Below, piece after piece: positions 62,130-64,000 of a stretch of DNA of 64,000 bases. Source of the DNA: the human T2T-CHM13v2.0 reference genome, Homo sapiens; the NCBI RefSeq assembly GCF_009914755.1, contig NC_060925.1. One strand, 5' to 3'. Position numbers and translations under genes: made by a program. The notes under the pieces are model-generated. The model saw only the letters and a program-made list of their open reading frames with translations, ran no database searches and had not been told where the DNA came from. Every line of letters begins with the position of its first letter. Positions within the stretch are counted from its first letter, which is position 1.

Positions 62130-62900
62130 AGCGCCAACCCCTCTCAGGCGTCGGGATCTTCAGTCCGGGGCCCCAGCCCTCCGCGCGGTTCTCCTGCCCA
62201 GCGCACCGTGCGTTGCCACCCCCATCGCGTTCCTCAGCCTCCCGGGCTCCAGAGGCAGGAGCTGGCCATGCTCTCACCTCATCCAGGGTGTGGCCGCCGC
62301 AGCTGCTTCTTCCTCCTCGGCCGCTGCTGCCCAGCTCCCGGCTGGCTCCGGGCGCCGTCTTTCCCGGCTCGGGGTCTGCCGTGGGGACTGAGGGGTTCGC
62401 GTCGCGTCCCCGGACCGGTAAGACGTGTAGTGAGCCCGGCGGGACGCGCGACAGCAGCAGCCAAAGTCGCATCGGCGGCGGCAGCAGGACCCGCTGTCTG
62501 TCCCCTTCATGGATTTCCTGGGCCTGGCCACCCCAGTCCTAGCTACGGTTCCTGCTTGTTTTCCTGGTGTCTTCCGGGACTGCCAGGGCGCATCCTCTGG
62601 GCCTGGCTGAGCATCCCCGTCAGTTCCCTGGGCCTCCTCCGCGGCTGCCTCTGCCACCTGCTCCGCCCAGATTGCTTTGGTCCTTCTCTCGCAGACACAC
62701 TCAGCTGCCCTTCATCCTCTGTCGTCTCCCCATTCTCTCTCCACCCACTGCCTCATTCCCAGATCCCACGCCGTTTCTTCCTTTCTATCCGCTCCAATGT
62801 CACTTTCTCTTTATTTCCAACCTCAGATAAGTTTCTCCTTTTCTTTCTGTCTCTCTCAATATTTTCCCCGGTTTCATCCTCCTCCCCGCGCCCCCGTATC
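62130..62900. promoter_or_regulatory. CpG island / promoter of exon 1a
   Basis: CpG-dense region over exon 1a, with a GC box (GGGCGG on the minus strand near 62665). Boundaries approximate. Confidence 0.8.
62278..62510 (-). CDS. PDE4DIP: PDE4DIP distal first exon 1a, coding part, 77 codons MKGTDSGSCCRRRCDFGCCC...AAAAEEEEAAAAATPWM(R)
   Basis: Lies within ORF 62274-62657. ATG at 62510, donor ATG AG|gtgaga, phase 2 joins exon 2 in frame. Recognised isoform N-terminus. Confidence 0.88.
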
Positions 62901-63600
62901 AGTCATCCTTTTATAATTTATCCAGTTTTTCGTCTCCTATTAGTTCCTCAGAATCACTACTGCAGGTTGTTGGCTAGCCTCTTTTCTTCCTCTCCCTGTT
63001 TCTTTCTCTTTCCTAAAATCTTTTCCTTTCAATTTTCCCTTGAGTTTTTCAATTGTAAAAACTTTCTCCCAAACAGCCTACATTTTCCTTTCAGTTGAGA
63101 CTGATTGCAGTTTTCCATGAACTCATAGTAAAGCATATATAGCTTGGTATCCACCATAAACCAAGAAAGTGTTTTAACCTTTTTTTAAAGTTGGTCAGTT
63201 AAATAAATTATCCCATAAATATTCATTCTGAAAATCCAGTTCTTATATCCTACATATGTCCTTGAAAACAGAGACTAGTTTGCTTTTGTATCCAGCAAAG
63301 CAAAATGTTTCTGCAACACTATTGCATATAGCATAAGTTCAGCAGGGGAGGGGGAGCAATGTTTGTCTTTGTAGTTGGGCACTGTGAATCTCAAGGTTCA
63401 TAGGCAACAGCTATTATTGTTGACTGACTGAATGCAGACAAAGCTGAATTCATCTCAGCTCATCCTTCCAAATCTGTTGCTCAGTTCTGTGTTTTAACCC
63501 CAGCCCTATCTACCCAGCTGCTCAATCCCCAAACCTAGAATTTGTCAGGGACCTATTTCTCTTTTACCCATCTCATCCAGTCATTAATTCTACTTTTTTA

Positions 63601-63604
63601 CTCT

Positions 63605-63639
<35 letters not shown>

Positions 63640-63944
63640 GATAGATAGATTTTTTTTTTTGAGACGGATTCTCACTCTATCACCCAGCAGGCTGGAGTGC
63701 AGTGGCATGATCTTGGCCTACTGCAAGCTCTGCCTCCTGGGTTCAAGCGATTCTCCTGCCTCAATCTCCTGAGCAGCTCGGATTACAGGCACCTGCCACC
63801 ACGCCTGGCTAATTTTTGTATTTTTAGTAGAGATGGGGTTTCGCCATGTTGGCCAGGCTGGTCTCGAACTGCTGACCTCAAGTGATCCTCCCGTCTCAGC
63901 CTCCCAAATTGCTAGGATTACAGGCGTGAGCCACTCACCTGGCC
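63601..63944 (-). mobile_element. AluS with compound (CT)n(ATAG)n tail-associated microsatellite
   Basis: Alu body ~63650-63944, STR 63601-63650. Confidence 0.93.
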
Positions 63945-64000
63945 CATTCTTTCTTTTAAGCCTCCTAACTTAAGCTTCATCTTTACCTCTCCTTATCTTT

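Noticed and set aside
61976-63098. Plus-strand ORFs of 188 and 296 aa antisense to exon 1a
   Set aside because: Explained by the CpG island and pyrimidine-rich low complexity.

Overview
Primate (human-like) genomic DNA holding the 5' end of PDE4DIP (myomegalin), or one of its chromosome 1 segmental-duplication paralogs, on the minus strand. Four coding exons can be read with canonical GT-AG junctions. Distal first exon 1a (CDS 62510-62278, MKGTDSGSCC...TPWMR) and proximal first exon 1b (CDS 26302-26283, MEQTWTR) each sit in a CpG island. Both end in phase 2 and join shared exons 8136-8081 and 2967-2816 (DYFAEDD...ALRDFEK), which lead into the CM1 motif; the gene continues past the left edge. 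The rest is intronic and repeat-rich: about 24 Alus, a full-length dead L1PA element with a 17-bp TSD, a complete MLT1 LTR-int-LTR, several DNA-transposon MITEs and old L1/L2/MIR/CR1 fragments. Main hypotheses: (1) the L1 antisense ORF0 is intact, points into the gene, and has a phase-2 donor in frame with the shared exons; (2) exon 1b contains a cryptic acceptor that would make it a 75-nt in-frame cassette; (3) a ~110-bp templated insertion with a 16-bp flanking duplication was copied from 8 kb away. Gene and repeat-family names come from recognition, not database searches, and there is no transcript evidence here.
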